A stretch of 64,000 nt of DNA from Octopus sinensis (GCF_006345805.1 NC_043001.1:112468001-112532000); one strand, 5' to 3'; shown: positions 25,555 to 40,061, numbered from the stretch's first letter. Numbers and translations are program-made. The notes: generated by a model from the sequence alone, not told the origin.

Positions 25555-26215
25555 GGCACATACTTTTTCTTGTCTATATCCAAACAATAATATCTGGCCT
25601 GTTATGTTTACACTTGACATGTTTTGGTGGCAATGTTCCACCAGTATTCTTTGTGTTGATATTTGTGTACGAATTCAATAACAAAGAGATTCCCTATATT
25701 TATTCCAGGACAGTCTTTTATCCGAAGAGCATTGTATATTGTTTTACAATAACGTCGGTGCCCCAGCATGTCCACAGCTCGTGAGCTGAAACTAGAATCA
25801 ATCAATCAATCAATCAATCCCATAAGGAGGTAGTACCTTGATGATATTTTTGGGCAGTTGCTATTCCCAAGCGTGATGTCTTCCACAGAAATATACAGAA
25901 ATATGACATAATCAACATTTACGGTTGCGTCTTGGAAAACCAAGGACTTCACTGTTTTTCTTTTCTTTCTTTCTTTTTTTTTGATTAGGTATTTATTAGT
26001 AATCTCCTGTTCTTGGATTGAAAGCACATCGCCTTCGAAGTGTGATGTAATGTAGTGGTCACAAGTCTAAGAAAAGCTTTGCTTCATGCCAATGTTACTA
26101 TCGTCTTCGAGTCTATGAGAAACATACCCGTGTATGGTTCCTTTTTTCTTCTCTTTTTTTTTTGTTTTGTATGTTAAGCATTTCATGTCCATTCTTCTTT
26201 GAGGTATATATGTCC
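25555..26215 (-). mobile_element. Decayed R4/Dong-clade non-LTR retrotransposon C-terminal fragment
   Basis: Frameshifted peptides HFEGDVLSIQEQEITNKYL, SVEDIT..CPKISSRYYL, HKEYWWNI, KHNRPDIIVW: CCHC-region and PD-type restriction-like endonuclease motifs. Confidence 0.75.
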
Positions 26216-27184
26216 GGCTGATTTGGGGTTGTATGGAAGGTCATCACGTAGAGAGCACTTCCGGAAAGGTAAAGTCGAACTCGGCGTAATTTAAACTCAG
26301 AACTTAAAGACGGACGAAATGCTTCTAAGACGTTTCCCGGGATGCTAACGACTATGCCATCCAGCCACCTTAACCATATTTCATGTATTAGAACTAATAT
26401 TTTCTCCTTTATTTCTTTAGGTAGATTATAAACTGTTATGTCGCACGTTCGGATGCCTTCTACTTAACTCTCACCGCTACTCTGCTACTGTGACGTCTAG
26501 ACTTCTCCCTCTATATCTAAGTATTGGGCTAGCCTACTTCATCGTCTGGGGGTGTCCACAGAACATAAACAAATGTCTTTATTTTAACTTAAACAAATGT
26601 TATACTTTACCCTGTTGAGTTGCTTATTTCCAACCATGACCATCCCATCTATTTTATTTCATGAACACTGTACTTTAGACCACTTTATCCAATGAGTCCC
26701 TTTTTTAATTGTTAAAGCTATGAGGGTTTGCTTCAGGTAGGTCTTGCTATTTCTTGCACTTAAAGCGGTCCTTTACTCGTTGGCTAGTTATGGCGATGTT
26801 GCTTTTGCTGCCATTATCGTTATTAGTTTTGGGGACAGCTTCCATCCAGCCTGTATAGAGTTTGCCCAGGAGTGCCATGCCATGCCCTGACCCCTGTTAT
26901 ACATTGTCCTGTCATGTAGATGTCCTTGCTCTTGTCCTCTCTTTCCTGGTCCCGTCTAACAGATTTGTGTGGTATTGCCTTTCCAGTTTCATTAACGCCA
27001 GAATGTACGATGCAAATTGTGCAATGCCTAATGGCGACACCCTGTAATAATTGACCATAAAACGTAAAAGTCTAGTCATCCTCTAATACAGCACTATAAC
27101 TCTTTGACCCTGTCCAATATAAAGCAGTAAGAGCAAAAGGGAAATGGAATTAAACGAAATTTAAAAGCATATCTCTGTATTAGC

Positions 27185-27495
27185 TTTGCTAACACGAAAA
27201 ACCGATGTAAAAAAAAACAGAAAAAAGAACAGTAATAATAATAAAGCTCTCACCATACTGAAAAATCTGTTGTGTAAGGCAAACGAAATAGAGCAAACTG
27301 TTTGAGAAAAGGAAAGGTGGTAAAAGCAGTAGAAGGGGAAGTAAAAAAAAAAAAAAAAAAAGAGGGAACGAGCGTGGTAGAAAAGACAGGGAGGTTGAGG
27401 CCATCATGCCAGGCCGGTCGGCCCAATGAAAAATTGCAAAGAAGTAAGAACCAGCGTAATCCCCTTCCGGGTGTTTCCTGAAAAATGCCATAATC
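27185..27495 (-). mobile_element. Probable LINE 3' UTR remnant
   Basis: GC-richer segment followed by T-rich tracts on the minus strand; aaagctctcacc resembles aaagctctaccttgtaa of the 50.5 kb repeat, though in the opposite orientation. Confidence 0.3.
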
Positions 27496-27589
27496 TATTA
27501 TATGTGACAATTACAGACAAGAATCCTTTTTAGATGCTCTTCTCGGCCATCGTACTTTTTCATTATTATTATTGATATTGGTGCTTTGC

Positions 27590-27630
27590 TGCCACTGCGG
27601 CTGCTGCTGCTGCTGCTGTTGTCGTTATTG

Positions 27631-27678
<48 letters not shown>

Positions 27679-27715
27679 TATTATCATTATTGTTATTATT
27701 ATTATTATTATATTA

Positions 27716-27761
<46 letters not shown>

Positions 27762-27903
27762 GTTATTATTATTGTTATTATCATTATTATTATTATTATT
27801 ATTATTTATTATTATTATTGTTATTATCATTATTATTATTATCATTATTATTGTTATTATTATTATTATTATATTATTATTATTATCATTATTATTGTTA
27901 TTA

Positions 27904-27935
<32 letters not shown>

Positions 27936-27970
27936 TATTATTATTATTATTATTATTATCATCATTATTA

Positions 27971-28013
<43 letters not shown>

Positions 28014-28110
28014 CATTATTATTGTTATTATCATTATTATTATTAATTATTATTATTATTATTATTATTATTGTTATTATTATTATTATTATTGTCGTCA
28101 TCATCATTTA
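27590..28110. repeat. (ATT)n trinucleotide array with (CTG)n start
   Basis: Directly visible. Confidence 0.97.
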
Positions 28111-28699
28111 TCATTTTTTTTTTTTGTATGTGTGCGCTCCATTTATTCGTTTACGCGTGTTAACACATGCGCAGAGATGTAAATATGTATACAGATCGCC
28201 TTAAATACAAACATTCATACGTACATACACAAGTAAAGGATTACAGTCGTGGAACATAAAATGTACAACTGTTAATACACACACACTCACATCCACACAT
28301 CGAAGCACGAAAATTTGGATATCGGTGTTAATACTCGCATTTAGAGTGTAAAATGAAGGTCACGGAGCAGAGGTAATAATTCGATCAAATACGATCGTTC
28401 TAACTACACCTATGTTATATTAGCTATTCTTCAAATATATGTCTGTTCGTATATATATACACACAGGTGTGTGTATATGTATACACTCACACACAGAGTG
28501 GAAGAGAGGAGGATATACAAACATGGATTTACACATTTTCACACATACCGATGTACATGTATATATATATATACAAACACGTGAGTGTGCGTGTATGTAA
28601 GTGTGTGTGGTGTGTGTGTGTGTGAGGAAGTGAGTGAGTATGCGTGTGTGTGTGTGTGTGTACGTTTAAATAGATACATGCGCGTGTTTTTTATATTAA

Positions 28700-28819
28700 T
28701 GGATCTGAGTGACTATGTGTGTGTGTGTATGTGTATATATGCGTATATATATATGTGTGTGTATATATATATGTGTGTATATATATATGTGTTATATATA
28801 TATATAATATATGTATATG

Positions 28820-28851
<32 letters not shown>

Positions 28852-29010
28852 ATATATATATATATATGATATATATATATATATGTATATTATATATATA
28901 TATATATACATATATATATACATATATGTATATATGTATATATATATTATATATATATACATATGCATATATATATATAATATATATATTATATATATAT
29001 ATATAGATGT
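28700..29010. repeat. Degenerate (TA)n/(TG)n array, one of many (also about 2400-2900, 3550-4350, 13020-13290, 33120-33380)
   Basis: Directly visible. Confidence 0.95.
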
Positions 29011-29577
29011 ATAGATGTATGTATGGATGCATGCAAGAAATGCCATGTATATCTGTATGTATATGTATATATGTGTGTGTATGCGCGCGAGTATGTGAGT
29101 GCGCGCGTAGACATATGTATGTGTAAATGCATGTATACGAGTCAAATGGTTTTTCGTATGTGTGAGTCTTGACTCGTTCTGTAATTATTTCTGAGAATGC
29201 TTCTGTCTACCTTCAGTTAATCTATGAGCTTCTCTAGCTGTCTCTGTATGTTGTGCAGTTTACACGTATGAGCTTGTGTGAGGAGAGGTCAGCGATCTGT
29301 CTGTGTTTGTGCAACTGCCTGTGTATTTAAAATGTGTTCAGTGTCAGAGGATATGTACATTGCAAGCATATATTCACCTTCCCCTCTTTGTGTGTGTGTG
29401 TGTGTGTGTGAGTAGGTGTGGGTGTGTGCATGTGTGAGTGTGAATACGTGAGTGTGTGTCTTAATTTGACTGTGGATGCTGCGCATGCTTTCAATTCAAA
29501 AGAGAAATAGTGGTGAATGAGAAAATAAAAATAAAAGGATAAAAGGATAGATAAATAGATAGACAGACAGATAGACG

Positions 29578-29614
<37 letters not shown>

Positions 29615-29649
29615 CTTGATAGATGGACAGATAGATAAATAGATAGATG

Positions 29650-29738
<89 letters not shown>

Positions 29739-31740
29739 GATACACACGCACGCATGTGCATATACGCATGTATGTATATGTGTATGTATGTATGTATGTA
29801 TGCAAGCATGTTTGTATGTATGTATACAGAGAGAGAGAGTGAGAGAAAGAGAGGGAGAGAGAGAAATAAATAGACAGATGAATAGAAAGAGACTCGGATA
29901 TTGGAAAGATGGAAGATGTGCAGTATTCGAAATAAGGAAAAAAAATGGACCCAGATAGAAATGTAGGAATTTGAGAGAAGATTCACTTCTCTTTTTCGGA
30001 GAGTATTTATTATTTTTACCATCAATTGGCCTGACGACAAATACCCACCATACATATTCTCTGCAAATGGTTGGGAAAAAGGAAGCGGCGAGACAGATAA
30101 ATAGCTGGTGAGAAAATGGCGGAAAACAGACAATAAACCAAAAGAAAAAAGAGCGGCATAAAAATAGTAGAAAATAAGAAATCTGAAAGTAAATTATATC
30201 TACATTTCGCCAAAGGTAATTTTATGGTGTCTTTCGTACATCCATCTAGAACAATGAACATAAATGCGGTTTGCGATTCCCTTGTCAAACTTACTATAAC
30301 CCTTAAATCCTTATCTTTCATGACGCTTGCAGACTTCACGTTCTAGCAACACGAATTGCCCAGTTTTCTTCACCTCCAGACATAAAGTCAATAAAATTAA
30401 AGAGCACAAAAACGGTGTATGTTGTTGGCAGAAAGCAAAACCAGCTATACAGCTACACAAAGGTATAACTATACCTCTGTCTATGTGTGTGTGAGTGTGT
30501 GTGTATGTGTGTGTGTGTGTACGTTTGTGTGTGTACATATACTTAATACGTGGATAAAATTCGTGGATGTGTGTACGAGTATGTATATGAGTGCGTGCAT
30601 ATGTATGTGTACGTGTGTATAAAGAAACTAGGCCGAGAGATACACGTATATGCATATGAATATGTATATGTGTGTATATAGAGAATGGGAGAGTATGATA
30701 CATATATTTAAATATAGACATATTGCATTCATTCTTACATATTATAGATAACCAACACGCACTCACAAACAGCTACTGCCACTGTAATAGATTTAGCTAC
30801 ATAGATAACAACCTTCCTTATAAAAGGCAATTTAAGTTAGATGAGTTTTTCTTTCCTTCTCATCAAGTTTCAAGAGAAAGCAGTGACTGAGCTGAGCGAG
30901 GCACCTTACGTCTTTTTCGGAGTCGATAAAATATGTAAAGACTGGAATCTACCTAAGCCGCTTGCTTTGCTCCCACCTCTCAAAATTGCTGGCCTTGTGC
31001 CAAGACTGGAGTGAATTATTTTATGATAAAGAGAAAAGGATTAATTTAATGAGCTGTTCGACTAAAACCTCTACTACAGGGTGTTTATGTACACGTCTCC
31101 TGGAAATATATATATCACACACAATAAGCATTGACCTGTCCTGGTACATTCGTTTTTCTGATCGCATCACATTTCTTTTCCTCTAAAATTATTATGAGAC
31201 ATAAAAGTAAACGCTTACAAAACAACGAACGTATTGGAATTCATGCTGAATGTGCGTTTGAGTGTATGTGTGTGTGTATGTGTGTGTGTCTGTCTGTGTG
31301 TGTGCGTGCGTGTGTATGTATGTGTGTGTGTGTGTGTGTGTGTGTGAATGATGTTTTAAAGATGAGTTTTAGCTTCATTTATTTTACACATCTCTAGTAT
31401 TGCAATTATTGTTGTCACGCTTCTTGCTAGTAATATGACTATTGATTCTTTGACACTGTTGTCGTTGCAAAGGTTGGCGCTTGTATCATTAATGAAGAAA
31501 ATAGAACATTTAGCATTTTATACGATATTTCGATTTGAGGTCAAATCCCGCATGATTTGCTTTGCCTTTCACCCTCTCGAAAACGATAAAATATAGATCA
31601 AGTCAAGTAAGCCTGTTGATCTTAACCTGACCCGAGTAGAATACTATGTTTGTGATAAAGATACTCCATCTCACCGACCGTTACCCATTCGGTCAACTCG
31701 TGAAATATTTGACTGCGTGGACAGTTGGTGATGTTTTCAT

Positions 31741-32112
31741 CTTTTAACTCTTACTTCTTTCAGTCATTCGACTGCAGCCGTGCTAGGCGCAACCTGGAAG
31801 GATTTAGTCAAACAACTGTTTGAAGTATGATACGTATTCTATCGGTTTCTTTTTGCTGAACCTGTAAGTTATGGTATCGTAAACAAACCAAAACCTGTTG
31901 TCAAGCGGTGGAAGGAACACATACACACACTTTCTATTTTACATACACGCAGACATGCATATAGTACACATATATGCGTATGTATGTGTGTATGTATGTA
32001 TTTATGTATCTATATATATACATATATGTATGTATGTATGTTTGTATGTTTGTATGCATGTATGTATGTGTGTATACACTCACACACATATATACAAACA
32101 TATATGTGTATC

Positions 32113-32144
<32 letters not shown>

Positions 32145-32327
32145 ATGTGTGTGTGTGTGTGCGTGTGTTTGTGTGTAAGTGTGTGTGCATGTGAAGAACT
32201 TCCACACTTCCGTCTACTAAATTCATACGCAAGACATTCCGGTGCAGTAGTAGAAGACACTTCCCACTAGGTACCTCACAATGAGACTGAACTCGAAACC
32301 ACGCGGTTACAAAGCGTGTTTCTCAAC
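31741..32327 (-). mobile_element. Old SINE B copy with expanded internal microsatellite
   Basis: tttcagtcattcgactgcagccgtgcta at the left; agtagaagacacttccc...gactgaactcgaaaccacgcgg at the right. Confidence 0.65.
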
Positions 32328-33280
32328 ATTGAATTTGCCCTGATAAGACCCATTCCTTTCATGGAAAGATCACTTGTGGTCGATAGCTGTCCTGTCCAGG
32401 TATGTAAATGACTACCTCCCACTTAACGCCATATATAGGGAAGATACAACTCGGTTCATGTCGAGACAGTATGCCTTTAACAGTAGCAAGAATAAAAGCG
32501 AAAATGCTAATCTTCCGGTGAAATGTTTCCGTGATGAAGTTTCGATTTCCAGATCAAGTAATTTCACCCTAAAGACGTCGCTAATACTCTTATAAAAATA
32601 AGGGATAGTCACAACTTAGCAATTTGCTCTTCCCCTAAATTACGGAGACTTTATGTCTAGTCAATAAGAAACTAATATTTTCATTAATGGGGGTGGAAGA
32701 AACCGGTTCGTTTCCTTTTACATGATTTCTTGATCGTCTATGTTTTTGTTGTTGCTCTTGTTGTTAGTGCTGCTGCTGTTGATGTTATTGGTTTCAGAGG
32801 GAGAGAGCGGTGTCTTGTAACAACATCTGATATATGTCAGAATGGCACGAAAAATCAACATTTCTTCCATGTCTCATCCTCTAGATGACCAGTTCGGTCC
32901 CATTGCACGCCACTTCCGACGATCGAAATGAATTATATTTGCCTATCCCCTCAGACCAAACATTTTATTTTCCTCTTTTGCTCTTCATTATCCCTCCATC
33001 CATAGATGCTTTGAGTATTCCTCTCTACTCCCTTGCCTTGTATTTTGCTCCCCTATCCATTTCTTCAGTACCATACCGAACGATCCGAGCCTTCTTGTAA
33101 ACATGCACTTATGGATATTTCTGAACGATATATATATATATACATACATATACATTTAGATAGTCAGACAGACAGATAGACATACATACATACAGCCAGA
33201 CAGACAGACAGACATACACACAAACAGACACACAGACACACAGACACACAGACAGACAGACAGATAGATAGATAAATAAG

Positions 33281-33382
<102 letters not shown>

Positions 33383-34302
33383 TAGACAGTTCGAATTACG
33401 TGTGTGTACATTACATACATACAAACATGTATATATTATACATGCATATATATACATGTATATATATCGATTTAAAAACGTGTGTGTATATAAAAATATA
33501 TATATGCATATGTATACATGTGTGTATATATATCTATGTGTGTGTATGTGTGTATATACACACAGAGGTGGACAGTAAGACAGATATGTATAAAGGCATA
33601 ATCATACAAACATATATACGCCAACATACGCATGCATATGCATGTGTATATACATGTGTGTGTATGCGTGTGTGTGTGTTTGTGTGTAAATGCTTGTGTG
33701 TGTGCACGTGCATATGTAAATATGTATATATGTGCACGTGTAGTATATGCACTATACATAATTATACAATCACCAACACATATATCCGTGTATTGCTTTT
33801 TTTCATCTGCGGGTGTATGTGCTGTATTATACGTTCAAGTTGTTTGTGCATTTTCTGTTTATTGCCAGCGTTAATATTCTTATTCGGTAACTTCATTCTT
33901 ACAATCACTCTTTCAGCCAATCATTCATTAATCCGTTCATTCATTTGTATATCGATTCGCTTATTTATTTATTCATTCATCTTTCCATTCATTCATTTAC
34001 TGATTCATCCGCTTACTGCTTCGTCTCATATTTGTTTTGTATATAATTCAAATATTTTGTTTCTATTTCCATGACAATTTTACTCCTGTGTCTCGGCGTC
34101 CATTTTGTTTCCCAACTTTTCATTACGGGCTTTTCCCTTTTTTTCCATTTTCCATTTTTATTATTTCCTGTTTCATGGGAACCTGATATTTTTATTCACA
34201 TTCTAGGACATTTGTCAATCAATGTAATTATAATACATATACATATGCATATAAGTGTATGCGTATATATATAGATATGTGTGTGTGTGTCTATATGCAC
34301 AA

Positions 34303-34324
<22 letters not shown>

Positions 34325-34339
<15 letters not shown>

Positions 34340-34824
34340 GGGAGAGAGAGATAGAGGTAGATATATATAAACAGACAAACAGATAGATAAATATAGATAA
34401 AGAGATATATACATACATGTATGTATGTATGTATATATGCACAAATATTTAGCAGAAGTAGTAGAGTATCTGAAGTTGCGAGCTCTTCGTGCGTTCATAT
34501 CTATGTATATATCCATATAAACATACGTATGTAGATACGTACGTAAACAAAGATAAATACATATATATGTGTGTGTTTGTGCATATGCGTGTGTATGTTA
34601 GCTCAGGTGAGTGTGCATATGTGTTTCAATATATATATATATATACCGGCGATTTTTTTCCTCTGTCCTCCCGTCTCGAGATCTTTCCTTCTCCTATGTT
34701 TCCGACGAAGAGCTCCGCTCGGAACGTCAAACCCTCCTTCTTCCCTTCTTTCCTGAGCGTCCAATAATACTTTATTTGTTCCACATCCTCGCGTTGTTGT
34801 CTTTTTGTTTTCTTGTTTGGATTA

Positions 34825-34877
<53 letters not shown>

Positions 34878-35480
34878 AGAGAGAGATAGAGGTAGATATA
34901 TATAAACAGACAAACAGATAGATAAATATAGATAAGAGATATATACATACATGTATGTATGTATGTATATATGCACAAATATTTAGCAGAAGTAGTAGAG
35001 TATCTGAAGTTGCGAGCTCTTCGTGCGTTCATATCTATGTATATATCCATATAAACATACGTATGTAGATACGTACGTAAACAAAGATAAATACATATAT
35101 ATGTGTGTGTTTGTGCATATGCGTGTGTATGTTAGCTCAGGTGAGTGTGCATATGTGTTTCAATATATATATATATATACCGGCGATTTTTTTCCTCTGT
35201 CCTCCCGTCTCGAGATCTTTCCTTCTCCTATGTTTCCGACGAAGAGCTCCGCTCGGAACGTCAAACCCTCCTTCTTCCCTTCTTTCCTGAGCGTCCAATA
35301 ATACTATATTTGTTCCACGTCCTCGCGTTGTTGTCTTTTTGTTTTCTTGTTTGGATTAACTTTATATATATATATATATAACCATATGTATCTCTTTATA
35401 TTTATCTATCTGTTTCTCTGTTTATATATATCTACCTCTCTCTCTCTCTCTCCCTATATATATATATATATATATATATG
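34325..35480. repeat. 534-bp near-perfect tandem duplication (about 34325-34858 and 34859-35380) followed by an inverted copy of the unit's first 90 bp (35385-35480)
   Basis: Identical ORFs at 34489 and 35023; tagggagagagagatagaggtagatatatataaacag has its reverse complement ctgtttatatatatctacctctctctctctctctcccta at about 35418-35456. Confidence 0.92.
34647..34830 (+). mobile_element. Family D-related repeat with hammerhead-like motif at 34698-34732 (duplicated at 35232-35266)
   Basis: gttt CCGACGA a gagc tcc gctc GGAACGTC aaac; downstream tcctgagcgtccaataatac resembles family D tcctgagcgttatactaatac. Confidence 0.65.
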
Positions 35481-36121
35481 CATACTGACACACACACGCA
35501 CACACACACACACGCACACACACGCACATATATACATATATATCTATATATATATACATGTAAATATGTATGTGAGAACATATGTGTGTATGTCTATCTT
35601 TCTGTTTGCATGTATGTATGTATGTATGTATGCATGCATGTATGTATGTATGTATGTATGTATGTATGTATGCATGCATGTATGTATGTATGTTTTTATT
35701 AGCTTTTATACGTATAATTTTCATCATATTTGTTCAAAGCTGAAAGCAGCTACAAATCATGCGAATATCTTATATGTTCATTTTAACAGCGGATTACATT
35801 CTATGTATTCTCTGATGGCTAACTGTTACACACGTACATAAGTTTCATTCATCCTTGTTGGTAATAATTCAGGGTTAAACTGGTATTGTCAATTGTTCTT
35901 TTGTGATAGCTTACCGTATCCAAGATGACACAGAACGTGGAAAAAGAAGTTAGGAGTTAAGTATGCGTGTGCTAGACATAGAATAGAAGGAATTTATTCG
36001 GACACAAAATGTTAAGAAGAAATTGCTTAACTTTAGACGTTAAATTAAATTTTGATGCTTTTGTTGTCTTGTGTTGTGTTCTAGAAAGATAATGTGGAAA
36101 TTATTATCATTATTTCTATAA

Positions 36122-36435
36122 TGGCTCACCAATGGAGAAGTTCTTAAGCAGATCAGGCCGAAAATGTCGCTAGAAGCTAGGATCACCAAGCATAGATTGG
36201 CATATTTTGGTCATATTATACGGAGAAAATCCCTTGAGAAGGACATCATGCTCGGAATGGTCAATGGCAAGAGAGAAAAAGGCCGACCAAGAACCCGCTG
36301 GCTTGACACCATCAAGAGTGATACCGGAATGGACATAGCCAATCTGAAAGAAACGGCCCAGGATAGAACTGACTGGAGGACACTGATCCATCGAGTAACC
36401 GAGAGTCGACTTCGACTGAGCGGATAGATAGATAG
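36122..36435 (+). mobile_element. 5'-truncated RTE-BovB-type LINE 3' end
   Basis: RLAYFGHIIRRKSLEKDIMLGMVNGKREKGRPRTRWLDTIK...AQDRTDWRTLIHRVTESRLRLSG; (GATA)n tail; 10-bp TSD atttctataa at 36112-36121 and 36436-36445. Confidence 0.92.
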
Positions 36436-36448
36436 ATTTCTATAACGT

Positions 36449-36640
36449 AAGGCGGTGAGCTAAGAGAATCGCTGGCACGCCAGGACAAAATTCTAAACAG
36501 TATTTTCGGATTCGATTTTGCCTTTCGTCCTTTCTGAATTAAAAAAGTACCTATTGAACACTGGAATCGATGTAATTGACGTATCCTCTCATCCCCCGCC
36601 CCCAAATTGCTGACCTTATGCCAAAATTTGAAACCAATAT
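36449..36640 (+). mobile_element. Older SINE C-related copy
   Basis: aaggcggtgagctaagagaatcg...ttttgcctttcgtcctttc...tgccaaaatttgaaacc. Confidence 0.7.
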
Positions 36641-37797
36641 TTCTTTGATGTTGTGCAAATCTTGTTAAAGTAATATTAAAACAATACTAATAATTGTATA
36701 GTTACATTTAAAATTAAAACAGTGACATACGAATTGGAATTTATAACCTAAAACAGAATAGTTATCGATTATTATGAAAATTGGGTTTTGTTATTAATCG
36801 GTCCAATTTAATGATTATAGCGAAGCAAATTACTTTATTTTTTATGTTCTTTCTGACTTCACATATTCATAATTAGAAGAAAAATTATCATTTGTCATCC
36901 AAGTTATTCAATAATGAAGTTCGTTCATGTATATGCTTTATAGTTTGTGATTAAAATCCATTTGTATTAAATTTTTAATTCTTAATTTTATGGTTTGTAT
37001 TTCGTGATTATTTCAATATATTATGTTTCATGTATTATATTGTTGTTTATATATGGAATGATAGAAATAAATACAAACATGTTCTATTTTTGTATTATGT
37101 GAAAGTGAACCGTTTATTATATTTTATAGATTCTGTGCCGATATGGTGACACGATTTCTGAATTTTTATTCATGTATATTTCATATTCAAATGAAATCGG
37201 CATCATACAGATTTTAGCTCTATATAGATTAGTGCTTTATTGGCCCAATAAATCATCGTGATTGATAATGCTGCATTTTATGGTGTAAAATTAAGGTTAT
37301 TTTTCAGGAAGCGTGAAAAGTATCTTTAATTCTGTTCAACTTATGAAAATTGTAAATGTGTTGATTATAGAGTATTTTTAGTCCTAAATGTTGTTTTATG
37401 ATAAGAATCATGTAGGACATTAAATCCAAATTAAACTTCAAGAAAGTTTGAATTCAGTTTTATTTTTAAGTTTCAAAGGGTGTGTGCTCAGTAAATATTT
37501 TAAAGTCTTATTGTTTGAAGAAATCATGTAAGCTGCTGTTCAATCTGTCGATTTGATTCAAGTGGAGTAATTTATGATTACTAGATCATCACACTGATCC
37601 AGATTCTGTGTCGGTATGAGTATTCATGAATACGCTAAGCAGTGATATAGGCTTATATCTATGGTTTGAGAAAAAGACATTAGTTTTTCAGCTAGTACAT
37701 GTTTTTAGACTTTGGTAGCTGACGAAATGATGTAATTTATTAATCATGTAAAGATACTTTTTAATGAAGTAACTGGTACTTATGTATAGACGATTGA

Positions 37798-38187
37798 GTG
37801 GAGGCGCAATGGCCCAGTGGTTAGGGCAGCGGACTCGCGCTCATAGGATCGCGGTTTCAATTCCCAGACCGGGCGTTGTGACTGTTTATTGAGCGAAAAC
37901 ACCTAAAAGCTCCACGAGGCTCCGGCAGGGGATGGTACTGATCCCTGCTGTCTCTTTCACCACAACTTTCTCTCACTCTTACTTCCTGTTTCTGTTGTAC
38001 CTGTATTTCAAAGGGCCGGCCTTATCACTTTCTGTGTCACGCTGAATATCCCCGAGAACTACGTTAAGGGTACACGTGTCTGTGGAGTGCTCAGCCACTT
38101 ACACGTTAATTTCACGAGCAGGCTGTTCCGTTGATTCGGATCAACCGGAACCCTCGTCGTCGTAACCGACGGAGTGCTTCCATATCC
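37798..38187 (+). mobile_element. SINE family A, full length
   Basis: 12-bp TSD atagacgattga at 37786-37797 and 38188-38199. Confidence 0.94.
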
Positions 38188-38699
38188 ATAGACGATTGAA
38201 TTCTTAACTAGTAATTGTGGTAATTTTGTCATGTAAAAGAATGACTGACAACGTTGATTTCAAGCACATTTGAATTGTGAACGGAAGATAAGTAACATTT
38301 TTACCGCCTCAGCCTGAACGGCAAGAATATTATTTTCACTTTTCCTTCTTTCATGACGAACAAGTTCCAAAGAATACGATTCTGCATTACTTACATACAT
38401 TGAATTTATCAAACTCTCTCATTGAATTATCCTATATAACTAAACAGTGCCAACCATTTTTGCTCAGTGTGACATAGATTCCATCTTTCACCAGTACAAT
38501 ATTAATAAATAATGAGCATTGACATAGTTATACATACAGAAAAAGAAATATGGTTGATTAAATCAGCCCCACTATTTGACGCTTTTATTTCATCGTCCTG
38601 TGAATGGATGAAATGCAAAGTCGATGTTGATGTGTTTTAAACCCTTACCTTTAAGTATATCTTCATAGTCTACAATTTCTTCAAATTGAAAAAATAACT

Positions 38700-39365
38700 A
38701 AGGCGGCGAGCTGGCTGAATTTTTACCTCATCGGACAAAATGCTTAGCGGTATTTCTTCCGATTTTCTGTTCTGAGTTCAAATTCCGCCGGATTAAACTT
38801 TGCCTTTCATCTTTTCGGGGTCGATAAAATAAGTACCAGCTGAGCACTGGAATCGTTGTAATCAGGTTGTCCCCTCTCCCGAAATTGCTGGCCTAGTGCC
38901 AAAATTTGAAACTAGTAATAACAATAACTGTTTTACATTTTGACACAATGCCAGCAACATGTGAGCACGAGGCAAATTGATTACATTAACCCCAGTACTT
39001 GGCTGCTACTTTACGTTATTTACTACGAAAGGATAAAGGGCAAAATTGACCTCTGGCGGGTTTGAACTCAGAGCCAGAAGAAATACTGCTAAGGTTTTTG
39101 TTCGATGCGCTAGCTGTTCCGCTGGCTCACCGCTTGAAAACTAATAAGAATAGTTCTTTCTTCTATAAGTATATGGCCTAAAAATTTTGTGGGTGAGGGC
39201 TAGTCGATTATATCTACCCCAGTGCTCGACTGGTACTTATTTTATGGCTTCTGAAAAGATGAAAGCAAAGTAGTCCTCGGTAGAATTTGTACTAAGAACG
39301 TAAATGTTCTTAAATGTTAAGCTTTTAGTCCGGCGTGCGAACTGTTCTACCAGATGGCTGCTTGA
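38700..39365. mobile_element. Cluster of three older SINE C-related copies (+38700-38915, -38935-39135, -39155-39365)
   Basis: Each shows the head aaggcggcgagctgg and central gcctttcatc...aagtaccag, or their reverse complements. Confidence 0.75.
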
Positions 39366-39408
39366 ATGGTGATAAGGGTAATGATAGGAGAAGTAGTAGT
39401 AGTAGTAT

Positions 39409-39469
<61 letters not shown>

Positions 39470-39470
<1 letters not shown>

Positions 39471-39996
39471 AACGCCCTGATGCAGTTCCAGACAGTGGCT
39501 CTCATGACTTCTGATCCTAACTGATTGGAAGTGTTATCATGTACATTGTTTTGTCTTGGTATAAAAGATGAGCTGCAGAAAATATTCTGCTCCATACCAC
39601 AGATTTGCTTGTTAGTTGCTTAGCCTTAACCAGTTGAGCATGTCCCTTAGTGACTGACGATATGTGCATCTCTGATCTCGAGTAGAAGTAGTGGGGGAGA
39701 ATCGTAGTCATATGTTGAGAAGAATTCTTTGGGGTTTGCAAAATTAACCTTTGGAAACATCCTTAAACAACCCTTATACAGGGACCTGGGCTACTCGACC
39801 TGAAGAAAATTCTAACTGGGCCCCACCTACAAGGTCATACGCTGTTTATCTTGATATGAGATGAGTATGTCATGCACATACGGTCGTGGTACCCTTATGC
39901 CTGTACCCTTATTAGACGGGTAGTCATGATGAGTACATTGGGTTTCGTATATTTTACCCCAGTGTCACTTTGATGGCATGCACTGCTCTCTCACTC

Positions 39997-39997
<1 letters not shown>
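39470..39997 (+). mobile_element. About 530-bp non-coding element embedded in an (AGT)n/(AAT)n array; probable 3' UTR or non-autonomous derivative of a (TAA)n-targeting retroelement
   Basis: Sharp boundaries with microsatellite on both sides; its terminal gatggcatgcactgctctctcactc-aataat recurs in reverse complement at 55113-55143 inside (ATT)n. Confidence 0.6.
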
Positions 39998-40058
<61 letters not shown>

Positions 40059-40061
40059 TAA

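Noticed and set aside
30285-30340. Possible minus-strand micro-exon MKDKDLRVI followed by gtaagt
   Set aside because: Chance-level signal without homology or expression evidence.
39930-39997. HDV-like ribozyme at the end of the 530-bp element (cagtg/cactg-gg...cgaa on the minus strand)
   Set aside because: No P2/P3 pairing could be constructed.
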